DNA of 64,000 nucleotides, taken from Podarcis melisellensis (lineage: Eukaryota). The number at the start of each line of letters is the position of its first letter. The stretch's first letter is position 1. Location: assembly GCA_964234715.1 (NCBI GenBank), contig OZ174277.1; one strand, 5' to 3'. The notes under the pieces were generated by a model. It was given only the letters and a program-made list of their open reading frames with translations, had not been told where the DNA came from and did no database searches. Shown here piece after piece: positions 26,801-39,000 of the stretch. The translations under genes were made by a program, and so were the position numbers.

Positions 26801-29705
26801 ACTTAATTCGTTCTGGAGGTCTGTTCTTAACCTGAAACTGTTCTTATCCTGATGTACCACTTTAGCTAATGGGGCTTCCCGCTGCTGTGCCGCCACCACA
26901 CAATTTCTGTTCTCATCCTGAAGCAAAGTTCTTAACCCGAGGTACTATTTCTGGGTTAGCGGAGTCTGTAACCTGAAGCATCTGTAACCCGAGGTACCAC
27001 TGTACAGATTTTTAGACTAGTCAGTTTTTTGTGGCTTCTCTGATCCAATAGTATACAGTGGTACCTCAGGTTACAGATGCTTCAGGTTACAGACTCTGCT
27101 AACCCAGAAATAGTACCTCGGGTTAAGAACTTTGCTTCAGGATGAGAGCAGAAATTGTGCAGTGGTGGTGCAGCAGCGGTGCAGCGGCAGCGGGAGGCCC
27201 CATTAGCTAAAGTGGTGCTTCAGGTTAAAAACAGTTTCAGGTTAAGAATGGACCTCCAGAATGAATTAGGTTCTTAACCCGAGGTACCACTGTATGAAGT
27301 TTAACAATCTTTTATGAAAAGATGAACTTAGTGCCGTTCCAATGTTTTTCATCTGCAGTTGCCCAGCAAGAAGCTGAATTGGTAAAAGATTTTAGAGGAC
27401 TGAATCTATCCACATCATCTAGAGGTCCACAGATTTTTAGCAATTCTGCTGATATTTCTGGACAAATGGACTCAAAGTCTCCTGCTGACCAGTTTGCCAG
27501 TGCTGCAAGAATGTCTCTGAGGATGCAGAAAGTGAAACAAAAACTGGATTCTGTTATGGTATGGTTACATTTCTATATTATTTCTCACTAACTGTTCATC
27601 TGTAGTGGGTAAGGTGGGAGGGGAGGGATTTAGGTTGGCTGCTTCAATACCTCAATCTCTTTGCATCTTGGGGAGGGCTTCTCCTTGCAAGGAATCTTTC
27701 TGCTATTTGAGGATGTCCTACTTCATGTGCTCTGTTGTATTAGATCCATCAGAGCTTGAGTGTATCCAACAAAAATAATGTCTCCTCTCTGTCTTCATTT
27801 CTGTTGTGCTTATCCAAAATATACATATCAGCCAGGCTCAGCTATTACTGGTCCACTAGTGCTGGTCCACTAGTTTGCATATGCCAAAGAAGCACGGCCA
27901 TTCTAATGATACAGGCCCTAGCATCTTGAGTCACTGTCTTCTTATCTCTCTACAGGTACCTTTAAAAATGGAAAGAGTAACCTCAGATATACCCCCAGCA
28001 CCATGCTCTTCTGCTTTAATGTGACTTTTAAATGGACCGAATGAACCACTATCCCATACTGTTAGAACATTAAGTATTGGGAAATGAAGCTTAACTAAGG
28101 TCTGCTGCTTTTCAGCACACCTCTCATCATACTATTTCTTATTTATTTTATCATATTTAAGATATTTATAGGCTGCCTTTCTGAGTAGAATTTTCTGCAG
28201 GCAACTTTGCCAGAAGAAACCACCTCCATATCCATAGCCTGCCCACTTGCAGCAGAAAGTAGGGGGAAGACAACTGGGCCCGATGCTGTTATATGACAGC
28301 AGCGAGATTGGTCAGGATCCAGCAAACTTTGCCCCTCCTGCCCTGAGAAATGCCTCATTTTGTGGCTTTCTGCTGGCCCTTGCCAGCAGGGATAACACCA
28401 GTGAGCCACAGCTAGCTAACAGAAGGCCAGCTTAGCTGGGGGAGCTGAGTGGACCAGCACCTCCATTTGGTGCAAAACACTCACCTCACTGTGGAAGAGC
28501 GAGTTTGGATTGTTCTACCCCACGATAGAAAATCAAAAATATAACAGCCAAAATACGCTCTCAGCACTTAATGAACCAGCAATAATAAAACACCCACCCA
28601 GTCAAAAAGAAAGACAGTTTCTCCAGATTAAAATTATTGTTGTTGTTTAAAAAAGCACAATATTTTATAATAATAAAAACAACAGCCCACAAATAGATGT
28701 ATAGCATCTTGAAAGCATGTTGTTACAAGGTGCACTAGCCAGAGATAGTAACACTATCTCTTCTCTAGCTGCATTTCAGACAGGTTTGCAGCAATAACCT
28801 TGCTCTGTAGGGATAAGTGTGGTATTTCCTAGATAGCATGCACTTTGCTGTCTCTCAGTAGTTTACCTCCAGCGCTTCCTATTTCTGTCCCATTTCCAAG
28901 TGGTGGGCCACAATAGCTTTATGCATCCCAGTAGGTGCAAGAAAAGTTGCTACAAGGTGGTAAAAAGATTTACATACATGACACAACAATTCAGGGATTT
29001 ATCGTCTGAGATCAATATAATTAAGTATGAAAAAGCTGTAAATATATTGTTCTTACTTAAGGCAAAATAGGCACACACACATTGTACACTTTTATAGCTG
29101 CCAGAAGCAAATGCCGTAAATGCTTCAGAACTAAATGAAAGACCTCTCTGAATCTTGATTGAAGCGAACATAATTACAATTTTTGGCATGTCTTATAAGT
29201 GACAAATGTTTATATTGTACTTCCCAAAAGTATGTATAATTATGTGTTATCTTTTGAGACTGAGAAAAGGTGTGGCTTATTCAAATGTAGATGTATCATT
29301 GTATTTATAAAAGTCATAGTATTTTACATTTGCCTTCATTTGACATAGTTGCAGGTTTTTTTATATTCATCTCAATAAGTTTAATAAATGACCTCCACTT
29401 TTGCTTTCCCTCCTCTCTTCCATTTGTACCCATTCTTTTTTTGGCAATAATAATTTCAATATACAAACTACCTTTAAAGAATTTTTCTCTCTCTTTGTCT
29501 TCCCCTTAGCAGTGATAAAATTCAGTTTAAAAGCTTTCATTCAATTTATTTGATTCTTCTTAATATTTTCCAGGTTTTCTAGTATGGATTCTATTATTGA
29601 AATTCAAGAAAAAGCAAAACCAGGGCTTTGATGTATAGGCTTTATGTAGTCACTCACTGACAAGGATGAGGCAAGCACTTGCACGTCATGGAGGCTTGGA
29701 AATGT

Positions 29706-29749
<44 letters not shown>

Positions 29750-30015
29750 CTGTTCAAATACTAGCAGCCCATTTTGGAATGATCAAATACTTGCTAGTTT
29801 GATTCCCCAGCATCTCTGCTCCACTGCTACCTAGCTCACTTAATATTGCAGGCGCATGCTGGACTCCCTCAATCTTGGGGGCAACCTGGCGCCTCTGGTT
29901 GGAGGTATCAATATTTGGGGGAGGGCACGTCTTGCCAAAATACAACACTTTCAGTGGTGGAGGTGAGCCTAAGTTCAGGCTAAGATCCAAAATCGCCAGT
30001 GAGAACTGAGCATGC

Positions 30016-30056
<41 letters not shown>

Positions 30057-33000
30057 TAATACCCCGTCCATCTGGTGGGGTTTCCCCGGCCACTCTAAGC
30101 AGGTTACAGAATATATAAAACATAATAAAGCATCAAACATTAAAAGCTTCCCGATACTGGGCTGCCTTCAGATGTCTCCTAAAAGTTGTATAGTTCTTTA
30201 TTGATATCTGAAGGGAGGGTTTCCACAGGGAGGGTGCCACTACCGAGAAGGCCCTCTGCCTGACTTGGAGGAGAAGCAGAATATGGGGGGGGGGGAAATA
30301 CAACTGAGTATCCTGGAGAGCGAGACCAAAGAGGAACACGCCACTTCAATGCTTTGTAGGAGTCTCACTTTTGTATAGCCAGAGCAGTCCCAGTTATCTG
30401 AAGCAGTTGGGTCCTTGGATAGGCAAAACAGCACTATCCACATGCCAAGAGGAAAGGTAGCAGCAGACTTAAGGAAGCCTCAGCATCTCTTCAAACCAGC
30501 CCAGTAGAGCCTTTGCATGCTCAGCATCCACAGAATGCTTACCAAGTAATGGGAGTGAACAGAAAGGAAACCAGAAGGGAGAGGAAGGGAATGATCCAGG
30601 CCCATTGCATGTCTCATTTGCAACTAGTTTTGGGTTGGATCCGGAGTTCATTTAAGTGCTACTAAGTTCATGGTAGTTGAGGGACCCTTCTGAACAGCAT
30701 GGGAAGTGGTGCCTACAGAGGGAAGGGGAATCAGTGAAAAGACCTTCCCCCTCAATCCAGAAGGAACATCTATGAGATCGCAGCCTCATCTATTAATGGG
30801 AGGAACCCTTCTGTTTGCTGAGGGCAAATTGGCTCCAACTCTGATGGCACCAATATGGTGCTGCAGTGTAGTTGATTCTTTTCTACAGCTTTTGAGAAGT
30901 TTGCTCAAAGCCAGTTGTGCAGGATGTTTCAGAGTACAAGCAACTTGCATTGTGCACAGGAGTAAGACTAGACAGGGGTATGAGAGGTGCCGTCTGCCTG
31001 CAAACTGCACAGAGAAACGAGACTCTAATTTTAGAGTCCGGTGGGCATCTTCCACATGCAAGTAAATCCTCACTTGCTTTGGAAATAGCTAGATAGCAGC
31101 TTTTTCTATGATGGCTTGTATGTATGATGATGTATGATTTGCCCGTAGGAGAACTGTAAATACTCAAAATGCATTAGGAAAATTCAATATAGGAAAATAT
31201 ATTTTCCAGTAAATTCTTTTCTGATACTAATTGGCTTTGCCTTCCTTGTCGTTATTTTGTGAGCAATAAGTGACATATAAATAGCAGCAAGTAATATATT
31301 TATATGTAGGATCAAAGTTCAGGTTTGCATAGATTATATTGCAAAACTATATTTTTTGTATTAGAGTGGTTTTGCATGTGGGGCTGCTCCAGTATTGAAC
31401 AAAAGAGTGCAGTTTTTTAATAGCTGACTATTGTCAGCTTCCTAGTCTGAGGAAATCATGATTTAAGAACTACTGTTTGTTCAAGAACAGCTTGTCCCAA
31501 AGGCACAAAACTTCAAAAAGGAATCTTAAAAACAAAAAGGAAAGGCATAGTGCTGACTTTGCCAGCCTAATTTGACTTGCAAGCATATATGAAAATTTTG
31601 ATTCCATTAGTTGAAAAGGTCACAGCACTGAATTATCAAAGAAATGCCAGAGAAATAGTTATTCACTTGTCCGGACTTGAACTTGCTTCAATTCTCTTTA
31701 TTTCTGTGCACAATTCAGTTTTTTTACATGAAAATTAGGCCATGGAAAATGAATATTTGCATAATTTACATAGAACTGCCATAATACAAAGACAAAATGC
31801 AAAGCAGCTTTGTTTAAACTTGGCAGAAAGTATGTGGCCTTCTCTTTAAAAGCACACATACACAAACCCATCCCTGACATTTTTCTACTTGCAGTTTTGC
31901 TCAACTCAGACTTTGTAGTAAACTGTCTGTGATAAAACTGTGGTTTATAGGTGAAGCAAGCCCAGTGCATTGTGAAAAAATGAGTTGATTGGTGTTAACT
32001 ATCTTAGCCAACCTTTTCTTGTTGTTGAAAAGGTGTTTAGCAATCCCTTCCCACAGCCTACATTTCAGAAATGTGGATTGCTTCACTGTGATTGTCCCAT
32101 AGATGTTTTTACATGCTGGCCGATTAAAAGGAAGGAGAGGGGGAAAGTAAAAGCCAGGCAGCATCAAGAAGCACGTGTCTACTTAACCTGTTTACCATAA
32201 AATATACTGTAAAATATTTCCATTTGGCTCATGTGCCTCACAAACTGATAATAGCTCAGTAGCAGCTCTAATAAGTGCTTGGCTCCTTAGGTTGTATTTG
32301 GTAAGTGTCAGGTATTTCTGCTGTTCACTTTGGGGAGAGGGGTGTTGTGAGCAGATGTATCTCCGCCTCCTTTTTCTGCAACCTGCTTGTTCCCATAGAA
32401 AAGTAGTTTGAGTGGATTTTCAGGAGAGAAGAGCCTGACCATTGACTCAGGAGCAGAGAGAATCAGGAACATGCATACCCCATTCATGAGAACAGAAGAT
32501 TCTTCCCTTTAGGCAGTAGAATGTTTGGCGAAGTCAATGTTTAAAATTTATGTTGGGAATATGATTGGCTCTAAATAATTCTCATGGAACTAATTCATTT
32601 CATGTGGGTGTGCACAAGGGAGCTTCCTATTTAATTTTATCTGTAGTCCTCTGTTCTTTATGGAGTCCAAATTGCACAACTGTTAAGGCATATTTTACAT
32701 TAGTGCTGCTGCTGCTACCAGATAATCATAGGCAGAGACATATAAGAGGGTAAGGAATTACTGGTATATTTGTTTCTTGTAAACATTAGTTTTCTGAATA
32801 ATAACTAATCATCATTATCCATGTTAATTTATTACCTGTCCTTCACCCCAAGGTGGGTTACAGCATTAAAACACATTATTAAAAAAAATTCAGAACAGCT
32901 TACAACTATAAAAAATAAGGTGGGCCCTAAAAGCATAGGGGACGCGGGTGGCGGTAGGGGATGCAGGTGACACTGTGGGTTAAACCACAGAGCCTAGGAC

Positions 33001-36000
33001 TTGCCCATCAGAAGGTCGGCAGTTCGAATCCCTGTGACGGGGTGAGCTCCCGTTGCTCAGTCCCTGCTCCTGCCAACCTAGCAGTTTGAAAGCACGTCAA
33101 AGTGCAAGTAGATAAATAGGTACCACTCCAGCGGGAAGGTAAACTGTGTTTCCGTGCGCTGCTCTGGTTCGCCAGAAACAGCTTAATCATGCTGGCCACA
33201 TGACCTGGAAGCTGTACGCCAGCTCCCTCGGCTAATAAAGCGAGATGAGCGCCACAACCCCAGAGTTGGCCATGACTGGACCTAATGGTCAGGGGGTCCC
33301 TTTACCTTTACCTTTACCTTTAAAAGCATACACAGCAAGATTCAAAAGCCAATGTAAAAACATGCATAATGAAGGTGCCAGACCCACCTCTGTGGGTAGG
33401 GAGTTCCACAGTTTAGAGGCTGCCATAGAGAATGCCTTCTCCCAGGCCGCCACCCCCTCTGAGGGCGGTGGAATTATTAATAGGGCCGTATGCCAATCTC
33501 AGCACCTGAGAGGTTCTGTAGGGAAGGAGGCAGTCTTTTGGATACTTGGGACCTGAGTCATTTGGGGCTTTAAATTCTAACCTTGAATTTGGCCCAGAAA
33601 CCAACTGGCAACAAGTGCAGCTTTTAAAAAAACGGGTTATTTGAGATCTAAATGGAACCCCAGCCAGAATCTGGCTGCTGCATTTTGGAGCAACAAGTTT
33701 CTGAGTCGTCTTTAAGGCCAGCCACACGTAGAGTGTGTTGCAATAATTCAGTCTGGAAGTTATCAGAACATAGAGTACAGTGGCCAAGTCATCTCTATCC
33801 AAAATGATTTGTAGCTGGCAAACTATCTGGAACTGAAAAAAAGACACTCCTAGCCACCGAGGCCACCTGAGCCTCCAACAACAGTGTTGAATCCAGGAGC
33901 ACCTGAAAACTGTGAACTTGCTCCTTCCAGTGAGTGTTGATAGAGCCCTTTTGAAGTCATCACCATGATGACTTTCCAGAAGTATTATTCACAGTGGTAA
34001 TTTCCCATATGCACAGCCAGGATCATGGTACACCGTGCTATAGTATACCTCTGTATGTGAAGGCATTTGGCAGCATGGACTGGCCCTAAATCTAATCTGA
34101 GCTTTGGCAGACAAAGGACTCGGTTGAACCACAGCTTAGTTTTTGAAAAGATTGTTCTAATATGCATAGCTTAGAAAATCAACAAATTTCCATTACTGCA
34201 TTACATTTATATCCCACCTTTTTTCTGCTGTGGACCCCAAGGCAGTACAATGTGTTTCGCAGGTGATCAAGGCATTGACCAGAGCTAGGCCTGCTAATCT
34301 TTAGCAAGGTGTTACCTGCATGTGTCTTCTGATTGACTGCAGAACCAAGTAATTAATCTAGTCGCAATAAGTAAATAATCTAGTAGAGTTGAAATTATAA
34401 GACAAGGTGACTACAGAACCTTTTCCCTTCTAGGCAAACTTTTGCTGGCCACATGCCAGTGTTGGCTGGGGCCAGAGGCAAAAAAGGGCAGAGTAATGGG
34501 TGCAAATATTACCTTGGTAAAGTTGGCTAATCATCCCTTTCTAGACTCCATCTAGGCAAGAGTTTGTTGGTTTATTAATGATATTTTTATATTGCTTAAT
34601 ACGTGGCATTCTTAATCTGTTGTCATGGAAGTTCATGGACATATCAAAACGTTCAAGGAGTATGTGAAGCAAGGACAGGGATGGGATGTGACCTGGAGAG
34701 AGTCAGTTTGGCCCTTGAGCCAAAGTGCCCTCAGTGTGGCACGTTCATCAACCCATAAAGACTGAGACCATGCGTATTAAATGAGAGGTTAAGCAAAGAT
34801 CTCAAGAGCTTGAACAATTTTGATATCTTGGACTTTTCAGTAACCCCATATTTCAATGTCACAGGTTTTGAGTGTTTATAAAGTGAAAAGAACTAGATTA
34901 GCCGTGTTTTCTCTGAAAAAGTGGAGTTCAATTTGCTATTGGGGAAGTAAACAAATATTTAAGTTAGGTCCATTTTTTCCCTGAGTCAGTTATCCAGCCA
35001 TTCAATCCCACTTGTGTGGTTTATGAATGAAAACCTAAGCATTTACTAGAAAACTAATAACTCTGAGAGGAATGTTAACTAAACTCTTGTAGGTATATCT
35101 TAAATCTAATTGAGAATATGTCAGCAGAATTATATTACAAGCATAATATAGGACTATCGGTCCACAATAGGTGGACATATTTATTACTTTGCAGCATGGA
35201 GGCAACAGTGTTGATATAACAATTAAAACAAAATGGGGTGCCCAAAGGAAATATTGGTGTGTGTTTTCTAGAAGACAGGATGAAATCAATAATCTTTTAT
35301 AATTGTCTTTGCAAATGTTAATTTAAAAAATCTACTGTATCATCTTTTTGAATAGCAAGCCATTGAAATTTTCTGTTCTTGCACTGATCTAACAATAATT
35401 TTGCTGTAAATTTTGTGTCCCAATGAGGAAATTACAACTTTCCTTTCCTTTTGTAGACCAGCTCCAGTCCGTTGCTTCCTAGTCCATCTCTCCTTTCACC
35501 ACACTCCAAATTAAGTTTGGCAAGTACACTGGGCAAGCCACCAATTCCTCTGTATCCTCTTCCTACTCAAAGCGGTAAGGTGATTTATTCTGTTTTTGTA
35601 GCATATTCTTATTTTGGTTTCTGTGATTATGTTCAATAAGCATACTCAATTATTGCTTTTTAACATTTTTAACATGTTTAACATGCACACTTTGAACTAA
35701 TCCCCAAGTGCTTTTAAGAATGCCACATTTTTATCTACTTTCAAAAAAATGTGTATTGAACTGGTTTTATTGTTGTGGTTTTTATTTGTTTGTTTGTTTG
35801 TTTGATTATACTGTATACTGCACTGTATCTTTAAAGCAGTATCACACCACTTTAAACAGTCATGGCTTCCTCAAAGAATCCTGGGAACTGAAGTTTGTTA
35901 AGGGTACTGAGGATTGCTAGGAGATCCCTACTCCCTTCACAGAGATGCAATTCTCAGAGTGGTTTAATAATCGAGCCGTCTTCCTGGGAATTCTGGGAGT

Positions 36001-39000
36001 GGTAGTTATGAGAGGAGAAAGGTCTAACAATACTCAACACACTTCACAAACTACAGTTCCCAGAATTCTTTGGGAGAAGCTCTGGCTGTTTAAAGCGGCG
36101 TGATACTGCTTTAAATATATAATGCTGCTGGAGCCTAAATAAAAAATAATATATGTTATGCAGACTCAACAGAAATGAATTAGAAGATCTGGAGTCCGTG
36201 TTTAGCAGCAATTGCTCAAAACAGTCAGAAAAATAAAAGATAGGAAACGCCGCTGGTTTCAAACTGCTATACAGATCATTAACATCCATATAAAGTGAAT
36301 GGAGTCCCAACCAAAAAACTGTTGAAGGCTGGGAGCACTCATAATCACCACTGCCTCTGCCTGCTCTGGAATAATCTTCTTTGTCTTAGGACGGGAAAAG
36401 AGAGGTGGATGTGGTGGCAGTTCATAGACTCAGGGCAGTAGTAGCAGGCTGCAAGCAAGTATATATTTGCCCACTGCTCCTACTCATGAACCTTTGAAGA
36501 GAAATGTTTTCCTGTCCTTGAATTCCTAATTACCACTGCTTTCTGATCATTACATTTAAGTTCCCTTAAGACATGCACTTATGTCCTATAAACCTCATAG
36601 AATTGTAGTGGTGGGTGGGACACCAAGGGTCATCTAGTCCAACTCCCAGAAATTCAGGAATCACAGCTAAAGAATCCCTGACAGATGGCTATCCAACCTG
36701 TTTAAAACCCCAATGAAGCAGTCCACCTTTCAAGATATTTCATTCCACTGTTAAACAGCTCTTGCCATCAGAAAGTTATTCCTGATGTCTAATCATAGTC
36801 TCATTTATCATTTGAATTCATTGGTTCGAGTCCTACCCTCTGGAACAGCAGAAAACAAGCTTGCTCCATCTTTCATGTGACAGCCCTTCTCCTCTTGATC
36901 TCCTCTTTACCAGGCTAAACATACCCAGCTTCCTCATAAGGCTTGGTTTCCAGACCCTTGATTATCTGCATCTTCCTCCTCTGCACACATTCCAACCTGT
37001 CCATAGCCTTCTTAAACTGTGGTGCCCAGAGTGCAGTATGTTAATAATGTATAGCTTCCCCTTCTAGGACGAGATATTGCTCTACACCCTTCAGATGCGG
37101 CCAAAGATAGCAATCTCGACAGCAGCTCAATTTCAAGCCATAACCCCTTGGCGTGTCACAGCTGTGCACTCATGTGTCTATAATCCATTATTGGCAAGAC
37201 TATCTAACAGCACTTTTAAAAAGCAAAATGCATTCTTTAAGTCAGAGGAATGACACTCCAGAAATATAAACAATATCTCAAACTTATTTTAATGGATCTT
37301 TTCAAATACATGACCTGAAAATCAGGATTGCAGGAAAATCTACTATAAAAAAGAATGCATATGTTCTTAGATTTTCCCATGAGAAAATCTCTTCAGTTTT
37401 GGAGACATTGTAACACCAGGCTGCATTGTTACAATGCATTATTTTTCTAGAGATGGGTTGAGGGGAATTATTCATTTTCCATACCTTTCACCATCAACTA
37501 TATACTGTGAAGAAAGGAATCTGTGTTAAGCAGACTTGGCATTGAGACTTTTTAAATTATTGCCTGATTATTTCACCATAGGAATAAGCTCAGCCTCCTT
37601 CACTTCTCAAGATTGGGGGGTGGGGGAACTCAGCCCCATCCCAGCAGATAGCCCTATAGAGTTGGCGCCTTTGTATCTGTGTAGTTTTAGATTTTTCTCC
37701 TCCTTTCCCACTGACTGGTTTTGGAAGAGGGAGATGCGGCAGTCTGTGGCTCCAATGAAGAGCATTGCTTGGCTGCATTCATTTTTTTTGTCTGCTCATT
37801 ATTGTTGGATTGCTCTGTGCTTTCATCATAGCTCAAACATAAGGGAAGGGCCATAGCTCAGTGGGAGAGCATCTGGCTTTGAATGCAAATGGGCCAAACT
37901 TCTCCAGGTTGGACTGCCACTGCCAGTCAGCGTAGGCAGTACTGAGCTAGATGGACCAATGATCTTGCTTCAGTATCAGGCAGTTTCCAGTGGAAATGAA
38001 GCCCTGCATAAGGACTTCCGCTTCCACAGCGGGGCTTCCACCCTGCATGCTGTTGCTGATGGTATGATCAGATGAGTGCAACATTGAATTCCTCACTGTG
38101 CTTCTCAAGCTACCCTGGGATTGTACAAATAAGGGTGGGATAAAAGTATACTTAATCAAGCTCATCTTTTTCATAGCAGTCACATGCTGGGTTAACATCT
38201 TCATCAAACTTTCCACTTTGGTATTATGAAAGGAAGATAAGGGGAAGGAATGGAAAGGAGGGACAGGAAAGATAATTCCTGAAATAAATTGCATTTAAAA
38301 TACTTGGATTCTATGGCAGCATCATTGTCTACTAGGTTTGAATACAGTTAGAGAATCCCCATTTGAAGTTCTAAACCTATTTATTCTAGCATAGTGCTGT
38401 TGATCAATGGAACTAGTCTAATAAGTACATTGAAACCTTAATAAGTTATTACTTTTGGACAGGTCCTATGCTATATCTGGACATGATTCAGGAGTTAACC
38501 ACATGGGATCATTTCCTCAGTCAGAACAACTAACCTCTAGAAATGTTTCCTCTTTCTTAGGACTGGGGAGACTCAGTTCAGCTAAGCATAATTTAGAGCT
38601 GACTAAAGGCAACTCAGCTAATGCCCAGGAAAACTACTGAATCTTGCTTTCCAGAAAAGAAGTGCAGCAAAAAGTGAGATCTGAACCAACTGGAAAGTTA
38701 TAAAAGGGCATGTTTGTCCTTATGAAAAGATTAACAAAACTGATTGGGTTTTTAAACACAAAATTCTAAATGGGATCTTCTAATCACAAAGATGTTTTAG
38801 CATGTGCTAAAGATAATGTTTATTTAACATTATATGGCTATTTCTGTAATGACAGCAATTTGGCTATTCCCCCCACCCCAATTTGGTTGGGTTTTTTTGT
38901 TTGTTTTTAAAAATATGACTTTCCAGATTCCTCTAGTTGACTGATAATTTTCTAAAAGTAATAGTGCAAATGTCAAATAACATGCCTTTAAAATTTTTGG

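Noticed and set aside
29574-29632. Acceptor-like ttttccag followed by short open frames
   Set aside because: The frame continuing from exon 17 stops immediately (GTT TTC TAG); the other frames need an unsupported partner exon and do not resemble jouberin.
37843-37900. tRNA-like sequence
   Set aside because: SINE head with no complete cloverleaf; continues into a SINE body seen in other copies.
38455-38640. 61-aa ORF near a possible acceptor
   Set aside because: Weak pyrimidine tract, and the ORF frame is incompatible with the phase-1 end of exon 18.
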